This document shows, one piece after another, positions 9,016 to 20,400 of a stretch of DNA of 64,000 bases. Position 1 is the stretch's first letter. Each line of letters begins with the position of its first letter. The position numbers and the translations under genes were made by a program. Under the pieces are notes generated by a model. The model was not told the origin of the DNA and made no database searches. It saw only the letters and a program-made list of their open reading frames with translations. The stretch is taken from the NCBI GenBank assembly GCA_963739455.1, contig CAVUAK010000001.1:1056001-1120000 (forward strand), in the 5' to 3' direction. Source of the stretch: an uncultured Gemmatimonadales bacterium. Lineage in GTDB: Bacteria; Gemmatimonadota; Gemmatimonadetes; Gemmatimonadales; GWC2-71-9.

Positions 9016-9846
9016 TCACTGTTTTCCGTTCGCGCTGTTCATGTATTCGTCGATGACCGGCTTGTGCTCGCCGTACTCGGGACGGTCGGCCCGGCCGATC
9101 TCGGCCTGATAGTGGGCCATGAAGTCCTTGCGGGCGGCTGCGCCGGCGCGGGCATCGCGGCGGCGATCGGCCACCTCGCCGCGGACGAGGTACCCGAAGA
9201 GGTGATTCGGGTTCTGGGCCAGGATCGTGTCGGCCAGCGCGAGCGCCGCGGCATCCTGTCCCGACTCGGCGTAGAGCACCGCCGCGTGGTAACGCAGGTC
9301 GGCGGTGACGGTGTCGAGCATGCCATACGCCAGGATCGCCATCGGCGTGAACTGCCGCGCCTGTGCCGAGTCGCCGCTGGCGGCGGCACGCATGACGCGA
9401 TCGAAGAGCCGGTTGAATCGCTCGCTGGCCGACATGCTCGAGATGTCGGGCGGGGCACCGGCGGGCAAGCCGGGTTCTGCCTCTCCGGCGTCCACCGGCC
9501 GCCGCACCCGGTGCGGCATTGCCCGCGTTGGCCATGCGCGCCACTTCCGGCGGGTTGTTGCGATTGATGCCCAGGTACGCGATGTACGTGAGCCCGGCGA
9601 TCACCAGGAATCCAGCGACCAGCCACGGCACCCGGCTCTCGGCTGCCGGCGGCGCTGCCGTACGGGCCGCGCCGACGCTGACGGCCTTGCCGCAGCGATG
9701 ACAGAACCTGGCAATCGGCGAAAGGCTGGCGCTGCAGGACGCGACAGCTGCGCGGGCCCGACCGCGGCGCCACAGCGATCACAGAATCGACCGGGAGCGT
9801 CGGCGCCACAGACGGGGCAGGCGGGTACGGTGGAGGGGCCGGGCAC
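9016..9846 (-). CDS. Double zinc-ribbon, single-TM, C-terminal helical/TPR-like protein (frameshifts ~9740 and ~9495)
   Basis: CPVCG...FCDRCG...FCHRCG, TM segment PWLVAGFLVIAGLTYIAYLG, then PPDISSMSASERFNRLFDRVMRAA; pieced from three frames. Confidence 0.7.
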
Positions 9847-9937
9847 GGGCGGGCAATGTAACCGCTGGCGGCTCCAATGGCACCGTATTACCGTGCAGAG
9901 CGATCGCCATTCGCGACCGAGCACGACTGGAGGGATA

Positions 9938-10237
9938 TTGCAGCCATCGCGGAACGCGCCTGAGCCCCTTCCGGCCGATGCCCCGCTGGGCCGCTCTCTC
10001 GGAGAGCTTGCGCGGGGAGATTCGCGCTGGACCGTCTTCCTCGAGACCCGCCCGCATCCACGCGGCACCGGGCTTCGCCACAACACGCTCCAGGGCCGGC
10101 TCCACTTCGTCGACCAGGCGGAGGTCCACCGCAGTACCGGGTGGATTTTTTCCGAGTGGACCGACGCCGATGTCGTCAACCGATTCAACGAATTCAGCGC
10201 TGCGGAGCTCTGGCTGCTGCTCGACAGCCTCGCCTGA
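9938..10237 (+). CDS. Small hypothetical protein
   Basis: GGAGGG RBS, TTG start; GRLHFV...RSTGWIFSEWTDADVVNRFNEFSAAELWLLLDSL. Confidence 0.6.
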   Translation: MQPSRNAPEPLPADAPLGRSLGELARGDSRWTVFLETRPHPRGTGLRHNTLQGRLHFVDQAEVHRSTGWIFSEWTDADVVNRFNEFSAAELWLLLDSLA

Positions 10238-10257
10238 CCCGCTGACAGCGAGGGGCC

Positions 10258-11648
10258 ATGGGACTGGGACGAGCACGCCGCGGTGACCGGCCGAGCCTGG
10301 AAGAGTTTCCGACCGACCTGACCGGGGCCCGCAAGGGCGACATCCGCGAGCTGGCCGAGCGCTTCGGTGTCGACTTCCTCCGCCTGCAGTTCACCGACAT
10401 TCTCGGCATCAACAAGAATGTCGAGGTTCCGCCCAGCCAGTTCGAGAAGGCGCTCGACGGCGAGATCATGTTCGACGGCTCCTCGATCGAGGGGTTCGTG
10501 CGGATCGAGGAGTCGGACATGCTCCTCAAGCCCGATCCCACGACCTTCCGCATGCTGCCCTTCGACGAGGAGGGCGGGCGGGTTGCCCGGCTCATCTGCG
10601 ACATCCATTCGCCGGACGGCGCGCCCTTCGACGGCTGTCCTCGCCACACCCTCAAGCGACAGATCGCCCGCGCCCGGAAGCTGGGCTTCGAGATGATGGC
10701 CGGCTGCGAAGCCGAGTTCTTCCTCTTCGAGAAGGCGCCCGACGGCGCACCCACCACCAGCACCCACGACCTCGCCGGCTACTTCGACCTTGGCCCCATG
10801 GACAAGGGCGAGGAGATCCGCCGCGTCATCGTGGATTGCCTCGAGCTCATGGGGTTCGAGGTCGAGGCCGCGCATCACGAGGTGGCCCCGGGACAGCACG
10901 AGATCGACTTCCGCTATGCCGGCGCGCTGGTGACGGCGGACAACCTCGCCACGTTCAAGCTGGTCGTGCGCCAGGTGGCCAACCGCTACGGCTACGTCGC
11001 CTCGTTCATGCCCAAGCCGATCGAGGGCGTGGCCGGCAGCGGCATGCATACGCACCAGTCGCTGTTCCGCGGCACTGAAAACGCCTTCTTCGACGCCAAG
11101 GCCGAGAACCAGCTCTCCGCGGTGGCGTTGCAGTACATCGAGGGGATGCTCCAGCACGCGCGCGGGTCGTGCGCCATCACCAATCCGCTCGTCAACAGCT
11201 ACAAGCGCCTGGTGCCGGGGTTCGAGGCGCCGGTGAACGTCGCCTGGTCGATGCGCAACCGGTCGCCGCTGGTGCGCATCCCGACCGCCGCGGCGTCGGC
11301 ACCCGCTGCGAGAACCGCATGCCCGATCCGTCGGCGAACCCGTACCTCGCGCTGGCGGTGCAGCTCGCGTCGGGGCTCGACGGCATCGAGCAGGAGATGG
11401 TGTGCCGCGAACCGGTGCACCGGAACATCTTCCGCATGACCTACCGCGACCGGCGGAAGTACCGCATCGACGAACTGCCGCGCGACCTGCACGAGGCGCT
11501 CGAGTACCTCGAGAAGGACGACGTGGTGAAGGCAGCGCTGGGCGAGCACATCACCGAGCGTTTCATCGAGGCGAAGGAGAAGGAAATCGAGTCCTTCAAC
11601 GCCTACGTGAGCCGATGGGAGATCGAGCGGTACCTCGGCCGGTACTGA
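10258..11648 (+). CDS. glnA: Glutamine synthetase type I (frameshift ~11285)
   Basis: FDGSSIEGF, HHEVAPGQHEI, FMPKP, GSGMHTHQSL, NSYKRLVPGFEAP; second frame ENRMPDPSANPYL. Confidence 0.95.
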
Positions 11649-11657
11649 GCGCCCGCC

Positions 11658-12455
11658 GTGCGACCCGCCGGCGTTCTCTGCGACCTCGAGGGCACGCTCT
11701 ACTCGGGTGACGCGCCCCTTCCCGGGGCGACACTGCTGGTTCCCGCGCTTCGCACGCTGCACATTCCCTTCCGCTTCATCACCAACACCACCAGCCGGTC
11801 GCGCCGTGCCCTCGTTGCCCGGCTTGCCGCCATGGGCATCGTCGTTTCCACCGACGAGATCGTGAGTGCACCGGTGGCCGCGGCGACACTCGTGCGCGAT
11901 CGGGGACACGAGGTGGTGGCGCCATTCCTGGTGGAGGCGGTGCTCGAGGATCTCGAGGGGCTCACCCTGCAGGGAGGAACAGCGGCACACGGCGGTCGAC
12001 GCCCCACCGCCATCCTCCTCGGTGACCTCGGCGATCGATGGGACTACGCGCTGCTGCAGGAAGCGTTCGAGTACCTGCGCGGCGGCGCCGAGCTCATCAC
12101 CTGTTCCCGCGACCGGGTGTACCGGAAGGGTGAGCGCCTCGTGCTCGACGTCGGGCCCTTCGTGGCCGCGCTGGAGTACGCCAGCGGCGGCACGGCGCTC
12201 CTCGCGGGCAAGCCAAGTCCGGTCATCTACGACACCGCCCTCGGCCAGCTCGGGCTCCCCGATGGCGATCGGTCGCGCGTGGTGATGATCGGGGACGACA
12301 TCCATGCCGACATCGCCGGCGCGCAGCAGGCCGGTCTCGTCGCGTGGGCAGTCGAGACAGGAAAGTTCTCGATGGCCGACGCGGTGCGCGCCGGCATTGC
12401 TCCCGATCGGGTCATTCACGGACTGGACGCGCTGCTGGCGGAACTCGACGCGTGA
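11658..12455 (+). CDS. HAD-superfamily subfamily IIA hydrolase (LHPP-like)
   Basis: CDLEGTL, TNTT, GKPS, MIGDDIHADIAGA, TGKF. Confidence 0.88.
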   Translation: MRPAGVLCDLEGTLYSGDAPLPGATLLVPALRTLHIPFRFITNTTSRSRRALVARLAAMGIVVSTDEIVSAPVAAATLVRDRGHEVVAPFLVEAVLEDLEGLTLQGGTAAHGGRRPTAILLGDLGDRWDYALLQEAFEYLRGGAELITCSRDRVYRKGERLVLDVGPFVAALEYASGGTALLAGKPSPVIYDTALGQLGLPDGDRSRVVMIGDDIHADIAGAQQAGLVAWAVETGKFSMADAVRAGIAPDRVIHGLDALLAELDA

Positions 12456-14028
12456 TCCCGCGCTGGGCGGCGGCCGGCATCGCGGCGCTTCCGCTGCTCG
12501 CCTCGCGCGTGGCGGCCCAGGCCAGCGAGCCCCAGCCTGGCATCCCGGTGGTGCAGTACGTCGACATCATCCGGGAGGACATCGCCGACACGAACGAAAC
12601 CGGCTTTGCCGCCCGGGCCGCGAATGCGCTGCATATCCGCACCCGCCAGCGCGTAGTCGAGCGTGAGGTGCTGCTCAAGCCGGGCATGCCATACGATTCC
12701 GTCCTCGCCGCGGAAACCGCGCGCAACCTGCGGGCGCTCGGGATCTTCCGGGACGTCCTCGTGGACACGGTGCGGAGCGACAGCGGTCTCACCCTCCGCG
12801 TGGTGACGAAGGACGGCTGGACCACCTTTCCGATCTTCGATATCACCACCGCCGCGGGGCAGTCGGCCTTCGCCTTCGGCATCGCGGAAGCAAATCTTCT
12901 CGGCCTGGCAGCACTCGGACTGGTCCGCTACAGCAGCAATCCTGATCGTACCGCCTGGCTCTTTGCCTACAAGCAACCCCGCATCTTCGCGGGGCGGGTC
13001 AATCTCGGGCTCTCGGTCGAGGAGCGCTCCGATGGCCGCGCCATCTCCGGGCAGCTCGGCATGCCGTTCTATTCCGTGAACGGCCGCTTTGCACTGGGTG
13101 GGGACTTCATCTACTTCGACGGCGACGTGCTCGTGTTCGCCAACGGTATCCTCACCCCGTACCAGACGCTTTCACGCCAGCTCACCGTCGTGCGCGTGGA
13201 CGGGGCCAAGGCGCTCAAGGCTTCACCCAGGGGATATGTGCGGGCCGGCATCACTGCCCAGCTGGAATCGAACTCGTTCCTGCCGACCCCGGTTACGGTG
13301 GCGCGCATCGACACCACCCAGGTTGCCGTGGGTGCGTATATCAGTGCCCTTCGCGCCAAGTTTGCGGTCGTGCAGAACGTGCGCAGCTTCGGCCGGGCGG
13401 AAGACATCGCGATCGGCCCGAGCATTCGTGCCGGCGTGCTCGCCGCGCCCTCGGCGTTCGGCTACGCCGAGAACGGCGTCGGGCCTCCAGCTCGCCGCCT
13501 CGACCGGATTCCGGTTTCCCGGTCGGTCTCGGCAACGTGAGCGCCGCGGTCAACGGCCTCGTCACCGGTTCCGGCGTCGACTCCGGGTCGGTCGTGCTCA
13601 AGGGGAACATCATCGTCCAGCCCAACGTGAAGAACGCCATCATTGTCGGCGGCTTCGTGGGCCGGCAGGAGAACCCTGTTCCCGGAAACCAGTTTGACCT
13701 TGGCCTGGTGTATGGACCGCGCGCGTATCCGCTGCATGCGTTCGTGGGAGACCGGGCGTTCCTGGTGGCCGCCGAGTATCGCTGGACATTCGCCCAGAAT
13801 TTTGCTGGGCTGCTCGGTCTGGCCCTCGGCACCTTCGTGGACTACGGCGGGGCATGGTACTCGGGAGAGGTGCCGCGTACTGGTACCGACTTTGGCGCCG
13901 GGATCCGCTTCGGTCCCAGTCGTTCGGCCGCCCCGGTTCTTTTCCGGCTCGACCTGGCCTATCGCCTCGAGGCGGCGCCGTTCTCGTCCGGCTGGTCGAT
14001 CGTGTTCGGTGAAGGATTCACGTTCTAG
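12452..14028 (+). CDS. Omp85/TamA-like outer membrane protein (POTRA plus beta-barrel; frameshift ~13485)
   Basis: TRQRVVEREVLLKPG...ETARNLRALGIF, GPRAYP, AEYRW, C-terminal GFTF. Confidence 0.75.
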
Positions 14029-14030
14029 GA

Positions 14031-14054
14031 GGCGTGAGGACGTGAGGACGTGAC
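14031..14054. repeat. Octamer tandem repeat (GACGTGAG-like x3)
   Basis: GGCGTGAG GACGTGAG GACGTGAC, intergenic. Confidence 0.55.
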
Positions 14055-14106
14055 GCTATCCCTTGCCTTCCAGAACGTTAGATTATGGAACCCTAACCTC
14101 AGGCCT

Positions 14107-14520
14107 ATGACCGCACCCGAAGCACAGCCTTCCGCACCCGCGCCCAAGGCCAAGCGGCGCCGCTGGCCGGTAGTCATCGCCACGTTCCTGATCGTTCCCC
14201 TGCTCCTCTTCGCGATCTACACCTTCTTCGTCGTGAGCTGGAGCTACTCTGACGGTGATCGCGCCGGCACGCTGCAGAAGTTTTCGCGCAAGGGATGGAT
14301 GTGCAAGACGTATGAGGGAGAACTGGCGCTGTACGTCGTCGGTGGGGTTGCACCGCAGATCTGGTACTTCACGGTCCGCGACGAATCGATCATCCGACAG
14401 ATGAGCGACGCGGTGGGCCAGAAGGTCCAGGTTCATTATTCCGAGCATCGCGGGGTGCCAACCGACTGTTTCGGGGACACGCCCTACTGGGTCGACCAGG
14501 TGAAGGTCGTTCCCGAGTGA
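14107..14520 (+). CDS. Membrane-anchored hypothetical protein
   Basis: N-terminal TM, then YSDGDRAGTLQKFSRKGWMCKTYEGEL...CFGDTPYWV. Confidence 0.75.
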   Translation: MTAPEAQPSAPAPKAKRRRWPVVIATFLIVPLLLFAIYTFFVVSWSYSDGDRAGTLQKFSRKGWMCKTYEGELALYVVGGVAPQIWYFTVRDESIIRQMSDAVGQKVQVHYSEHRGVPTDCFGDTPYWVDQVKVVPE

Positions 14521-14553
14521 GCTCGGGCATGGCCAGCGCGAAGGGAGAGTCTC

Positions 14554-15096
14554 ATGAGCATCCAGCCCGAAGACCTGGCCAAGCGACTCCTGCGTTCCGA
14601 GTGGGAGCGCCTGTCCCATCACGAGCGTGCCGTCATCAGCAAGGTGCTGGAGCGCATCCGCCCGCAGCGCGACATCCACGAGGAGTACCAGGACCAGCGC
14701 ACGTTCGGGGAGCGACTGGCTGACCAGGTTGCCGAACTCGGCGGGTCCTGGGCCTTCATCACCATCTTCCTCCTGTTCCTGTTCGGCTGGGCCATCCTCA
14801 ATACCGTGCTCATGCGACGCTGGGGCAGTGCGTTCGACCCCTATCCGTTCATCTTCCTGAACCTCATTCTCTCGATGGTGGCGGCGATCCAGGCGCCCAT
14901 CATCATGATGTCGCAGAACCGGCAGTCGGTGGTGGATCGCATGGCGGCGGCGAACGACTACGAGGTGAACCTGCGCGCCGAGCTCGGGGTGCGGGCCCTG
15001 ATCGACCGCCTGGATGAACTGCAGCGTGCCCATCAGGAGCAGCTCGAGTTGCTGCGCCGGATCGTGGTGAGCCAGGACGAACCGCCGCCGACCTGA
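14554..15096 (+). CDS. DUF1003 family membrane protein
   Basis: GGSWAFI, FDPYPFIFLNLILS, QAPIIMMSQNRQ. Confidence 0.9.
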   Translation: MSIQPEDLAKRLLRSEWERLSHHERAVISKVLERIRPQRDIHEEYQDQRTFGERLADQVAELGGSWAFITIFLLFLFGWAILNTVLMRRWGSAFDPYPFIFLNLILSMVAAIQAPIIMMSQNRQSVVDRMAAANDYEVNLRAELGVRALIDRLDELQRAHQEQLELLRRIVVSQDEPPPT

Positions 15097-15148
15097 AGCT
15101 GCTTCCGACCTCCCACTAGCGTCCCTCCCCGTTCGGCCGTATCGTACA

Positions 15149-15171
15149 TAAAATCTTCGGGTTTTATTCGG
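15149..15171 (+). promoter_or_regulatory. -10 box and candidate SOS (LexA) operator of the imu operon
   Basis: TAAAAT (15149-15154) followed by direct repeat TTCGG-N6-TTCGG (15156-15171). Confidence 0.45.
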
Positions 15172-15241
15172 TTTCCATTAAGCTACATGAGCGCGAGTGG
15201 AGCCTTTGTTGTCTTCGTAAGCAGTTAAACCACAAATACTT

Positions 15242-15982
15242 ATGCAGATAGCCCAGCTTCGCTCCCAGCTTGAACAGGTCATCACCCCGCCACCAGTCGC
15301 GGCCGATGCCCTCCCCACCGGATTCCCGGAACTCGACGCAGCGCTGGGCGGCGGAATTCCGCGCGGGCGGCTCACCGAGCTCATCGGTCCCCTCGGCGCA
15401 GGCACCGCGACGCTGGTTCGCGCGCTGGTGGGCGCGGCGTTGGGCCGGGGGCAGGGTGTCGCCTGCGTCGATGCCTCGCGCACCCTCGATCCAGCCGACT
15501 GGGCGTCGCTCGATTGCGCCTTCCTTCGTGTAGTGCGTCCACGTGATCCGGCGCGCGGCGCCTGGTGTGCCGATGTGCTGCTGCGCAGCGGGGCGTTCAC
15601 GCTCGTGGTGCTCGACAGTGCGCCGCCGCTCACGCGGCAGGTGGCGCTCCGCCTCGTCGGCCTCGCGCGCGACAAGGACGCGGCGTTCGTCGTGGTGGGT
15701 GAGGGATCGGTGTCGCAGGTGGGTGGAGCCGTGCGAATGGAGATGAAACGCCGATGGGGCGGTGGTCAGCGGCGACCATCCGAGCTCACGGTTCTTCGCG
15801 GCGGACTTCGTACCACCATTGAGGTTTCCAGTGTCATCCATCATCCGCGTCGCCTGTGTGCGCATCCCGAAGTTCCCGATCGGCGCGGTGTGGCTGGACG
15901 GCCAGCCGCCGCCCCGGCGGTCGGCCGGGGCGACAAGCGATGGAAGGGGGCGCGCAACGGGGGACGCGTCCCCGGGAAATAA
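15242..15982 (+). CDS. imuA: ImuA / RecA-like protein
   Basis: LPTGFPELDAALGGGIPRGRLTELIG, degenerate Walker A, LLRSGAFTLVVLD; first gene of the imu operon. Confidence 0.85.
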   Translation: MQIAQLRSQLEQVITPPPVAADALPTGFPELDAALGGGIPRGRLTELIGPLGAGTATLVRALVGAALGRGQGVACVDASRTLDPADWASLDCAFLRVVRPRDPARGAWCADVLLRSGAFTLVVLDSAPPLTRQVALRLVGLARDKDAAFVVVGEGSVSQVGGAVRMEMKRRWGGGQRRPSELTVLRGGLRTTIEVSSVIHHPRRLCAHPEVPDRRGVAGRPAAAPAVGRGDKRWKGARNGGRVPGK

Positions 15983-17415
15983 GCCGTCGCACTGGGACGA
16001 GCACGCCATCGCGCTCACCCTCAACGACCGCGTGCTCGTCGCCACCACGCAGGCCGCGACGCTCGGCGTACGGAACGGCATGACCATCCCCGCGGCTCGC
16101 GCCATCTGCGCCGGGCTCGAGGTGCGTCCATGGGATGACCGCGCTGTCGGTCGCGCCATGCACCAGGTCACCGCCGCCTGCCTCGCACTCAGCCCGCAGG
16201 TCACCCCGGCACGTCCCGGCCTCTGGTGGATCGGTGCGCATGGACTCGACGGTCATGGCGGCGAGCGCGGCCTCATCCGTTCACTCCTCGCGCTGGTCGC
16301 GGCGATGGCATCCCGATGCGCGCGTCGCCGTGGCCTCGAGTTGCATCGCGGCATACGTCGCCACCTGGCTTCGTGGAGCCGGGCGCATCGTGCCGAGCGG
16401 TGGAGACCAGGCGCTGCTCGCCCACGCACCTCTCTCGCTTCTTCCCATGGACGCCGAGCTGCGCGAAACGCTCACGGCACTCGGCCTTGGTACGGCGGGG
16501 CAGTTCGCCGCCCTCGATGCCGGTGACGTGGAGCAGCGCTTCGGTCCCGCCGGCCTCGCGGCCTGGCGCCTGTCGCGGGGCGAGGACCAACGTCGTCCCA
16601 CCCTCGCGCTCCCCGTGCCCGATGACACCGTGGCCATCGAGCTTCCGACCTCCGCCGAGACACTCGAACCGGTGCTCTTCCTGGTGCGTGCGGCGCTGGG
16701 CCGGTTGATCACGCAGGTTGCAAGTGACGGGATGGCGGTGGCGGCACTGGAAGTGGAACTGAAGCTCGATGAGTCGCCTGCCCGGTCGGCTTCGCGCCGC
16801 ATCGCCCTGGCGTTTCCCCTTGCCCGCCTGGAACCCCTCTTCGAGCAGTGCCGAGCGGTGCTCGAGGACTGGACGCTCGAGGCACCGGTGCTCGGCGTTG
16901 TCGTGCGCATCACCGAGCGCGCACGGCCTTCCGGTGAGCAGGGCGACCTGCTGCGCACCGGCTGGCGTGATCCTGCGGCGGCGGAAGCGGCGTTCGCGCG
17001 ACTGCGCGCGGCGCTGGGTGTCGACACCGTGGTGCGCCCCGCATCCCGCGATGGATTCGCACCCGAGCGGCGCGGTGCCTGGGAGGAAGGGCGCTATCAG
17101 GAGATGAAGTCACCTGCCGCCTTGCCGCCCCTGTCGCGAGGAGCCCGCGAAGCGAGCGACGTGGCGATCCCCGTCATCCTGCCGCCCTCCTGCGCCTCCT
17201 CGAGCCGCCCGAGCGCATCGACGTCGATGCCGACCGCCTTCACCTGGCGTGGGCGACGCTGGCCCATCTCCGAGCGGGGCAGCGTGGAGCGCCTCTCCGG
17301 CGACTGGTGGGCATCGCCCTATTCCCGCGAATACTCCTCGTGGACCAGTGAGGCCACGGCGTTCGTGGTGTTCCTGAGCGGGGGGACGTGGAGCGTTCAC
17401 GGGTGGTATGACTGA
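15831..17415 (+). CDS. imuB: ImuB, Y-family polymerase-like protein (frameshift ~16305, local shifts ~17190-17235)
   Basis: GAGG RBS, GTG start; GVRNGMTIPAARA, LGLGTAGQFAAL...EQRFG, ERLSGDWW, C-terminal HGWYD. Confidence 0.85.
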
Positions 17416-20400
17416 CACCGTCGATCCATCCGGGTACGTCGAGCTGCACTGCCACTCCTGCTTTTCCCTCCTCGATGGGGCGGCATCACCCGAGGGACTG
17501 GTCGATCGCGCCCACGGGCTTGGCCAGCGCGCGCTCGCGCTCACCGATCACGCCGACCTGGGCGGCGCCGTGCGGTTCTCCGAGGCGGGGCGCGCGCGCG
17601 GTGTAGAGACGATCATCGGGGCGGAACTCGACATGAGCGGGAACAGGGAACAGGGAACAGGGAACAGGATTTCTCTGGTGCTGCTGGCCGAGTCGGCCGT
17701 CGGTTACGCCAACATCTCCACCCTGATCACCCGCGCGCGCATGGATTGCCCGCGCGGCGAGCCTGCCGTGCCCCTCGACCTGCTCGCGCGCCATGCCGAT
17801 GGCGTCACCGCCCTCACCGGGGGCCCGCACGGATGGGTGCCGTCACTCCTCGCCGCTGGTGACGTAGACGGCGCCCGCCGTGCCGCGCGCGCGCTCCGCG
17901 ATATCTACGGCGACCACCTCGTCATCGAGTGCTGGGATCACGGACTTCCCGAGGAGCGAGCGATCGTGACGCAGCTCATTCCCCTCGCTGGGTGGCTCGG
18001 CGTGCCCTGGGTCGTGGCGAATGACGTGCACTACGCCCGGCCGCAGGATCGCCGGGTGCACGATGTGCTCACGGCGCTGCGGCACAAGTCCACCCTCGAC
18101 CAGATGGGCACGCGCCTCCGTCCCAATGGCGAGTGGTACCTCAAGTCGGCGGCGCAGATGTCACGTCGCTGGCGACATGCCCCCGAGGGTGTCCACGCCA
18201 CGCGCGCCATCGCCGAGCGGTGCGCCTTCCGGCTGAGGCAGCTCCGCCCCACGCTTCCGGCGTTCCCCCTCCCACCCGGTGTAGGAGAGGACGAGTACCT
18301 CGAACGCCTGGCGACCCAGGGGCTCGACGAGCGCCTGAAGCCCTCTCACGACTCACGACTCACGACGCACGACTCGTCGGCGCACCGCACCCAACTCGCC
18401 CACGAGCTCACCATCATCGCGCGCCTCAAGCTGGCCGGTTTCTTCCTCATCGTGTGGGATATCGTGCGCTTCGCGCGGCGCAGCGGGATCCTCTGCCAGG
18501 GCCGCGGGTCCGCCGCCAACTCAGTGGTCTGTTACTGCCTCGGCATCACGGCGGTCGATCCGGTGAAGATGAACCTCCTCTTCGAGCGCTTCCTGAGCGA
18601 GGAACGCGCGGAGCCGCCCGATATCGACCTCGACATCGCGCATCGCGAGCGGGAGCGGGTGCTCCAGTACGTCTACGAGCGCTATGGCCGCGAGCACGCA
18701 GCAATGGTGTGCGAGCAGATCAGCTGGCGGGGTCGCAGCGCCGTGCGCGACAGCGCGCGCGTGCTCGGCTTCAGCGTGCAGCAAGCCGAGGCAATCGCGG
18801 CATTCAGCGATCGCTTCTCGGCGAAGGCCACGGCGGCAGCGCTGCGTGGGCGCGCGGTGGCCGATGCGTACACCCAGGACAATCCGGAGTGCGCGGAAGA
18901 CAGCGGCAAGAAGGAAGGTGATGACGACCTGGCCTTCTTCAGCCCCAGTTCCATTCGCCGCCGTGACGCCGATAAACGGGCGCTGGCTAGCACGCTGGGT
19001 CAGCAGATGATTCCCGGCACCGAGGCGAAGACAAAGGCAGACGCCGTCAAGCGGGAGGTGTATCTCGATCCCCACGCCGACCAGGACCACGTCGAGCGCC
19101 GCAACCCGGTTACCTCACTCCTCGGCTCCACCGAGGCGACCTCCGTCCTCACCAAGGCAGGCCTCGATCCGGCTGACCCGCGCGTCGCCCTGCTCGCCGA
19201 CCTGGTGGAGGGGCTGCACCAGCTTCCTCGCCATCGATCGATTCACGTGGGCGGCTTCGTGCTGAGTCGCGAGCCGTTGTCGCGCATCGTGCCCATCGAG
19301 CCGGCGTCGATGCCGGGCCGTACCGTGATCCAGTGGGAAAAAGACGATCTCGATCCCGTCGGCCTGGTGAAGATCGACCTCCTCGGGCTCGGCATGCTCA
19401 CGCTGCTGCAGGACTGCCTGCTCTACATCAGGCGCACGCGCGGTGTCTCGCTCGACCTCGGCACCATCCCCGTCGACGACCAGGCAGTGTACGACGACCT
19501 CTGCCGCGCCGACACCATCGGGCTCTTCCAGGTGGAGAGCCGCGCGCAGATGAACACCCTGCCACGCATGAAGCCGCGGGCCTTCTACGATCTTGTCGTC
19601 GAGGTGGCACTCATCCGCCCCGGGCCCATCCAGGGCGACATGGTGCATCCCTTCCTGCGGCGCCGCGCCGGGCTCGAGGAGGTTACCTACCCGCATCCCT
19701 CGCTCGAGCCGGCGCTCAAGCGCACCCTCGGTGTGCCGCTCTTCCAGGAGCAGGGTATGCAGGTGGCCATCGCCGCCGCGGGGTTCACGCCCGGCCAGGC
19801 CGACGAACTGCGCCGCGCCATGGGACACAAGCGGTCCCATGAGCGCATGGCCGGGATCGCGGAGCAACTGGTGGAGGGGATGGCCAAGAACGGCATCGAT
19901 GCCGACACGGCGCGGAGGATCTACCAGCAGATCAATGCCTTTGCCGACTACGGATTTCCCGAGAGCCATGCCGCGAGCTTCGCGCTGCTGGTGTATGCGT
20001 CAGCATATCTCCGGCACTACTACCCGCCCGAATACACCGCAGCGATCCTCAACGCGCAGCCGATGGGTTTCTACTCGCCGGGAACACTCGTGGAAGATGC
20101 GCGCCGGCACGGCGTGGAGGTGCGACCGGTGGACGCGCTGCAAAGCGGTTGGGATGCGACGCTGCAACAGGACGGCAAGGCGGCAAGGCGGCAAGGCGGC
20201 AGGAGTGAACCGGCCGTTCGGCTGGGATTCCGTTCCATTCGCGGACTCGGCACAGCAGCCCGGGAGAAGATCGAGCGGGCCCTCAACGAGCGGCCATTCA
20301 GTTCCGTCGCCGATGTGGTGATACGCACCGGGCTCGATCGTGGTGCCCTGCGCTCCCTGGCGGAATCGGGTGCGCTCGATTGCCTGGTGGCGCATGAATC

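Noticed and set aside
10258..11648. Programmed frameshifting or pseudogenisation of glnA and other split genes
   Set aside because: Breaks are numerous and scattered without consistent slippery motifs; sequencing error is more parsimonious.
18840..19150. Intein in DnaE2
   Set aside because: No Cys/Ser start block or His-Asn end at the insertion boundaries.
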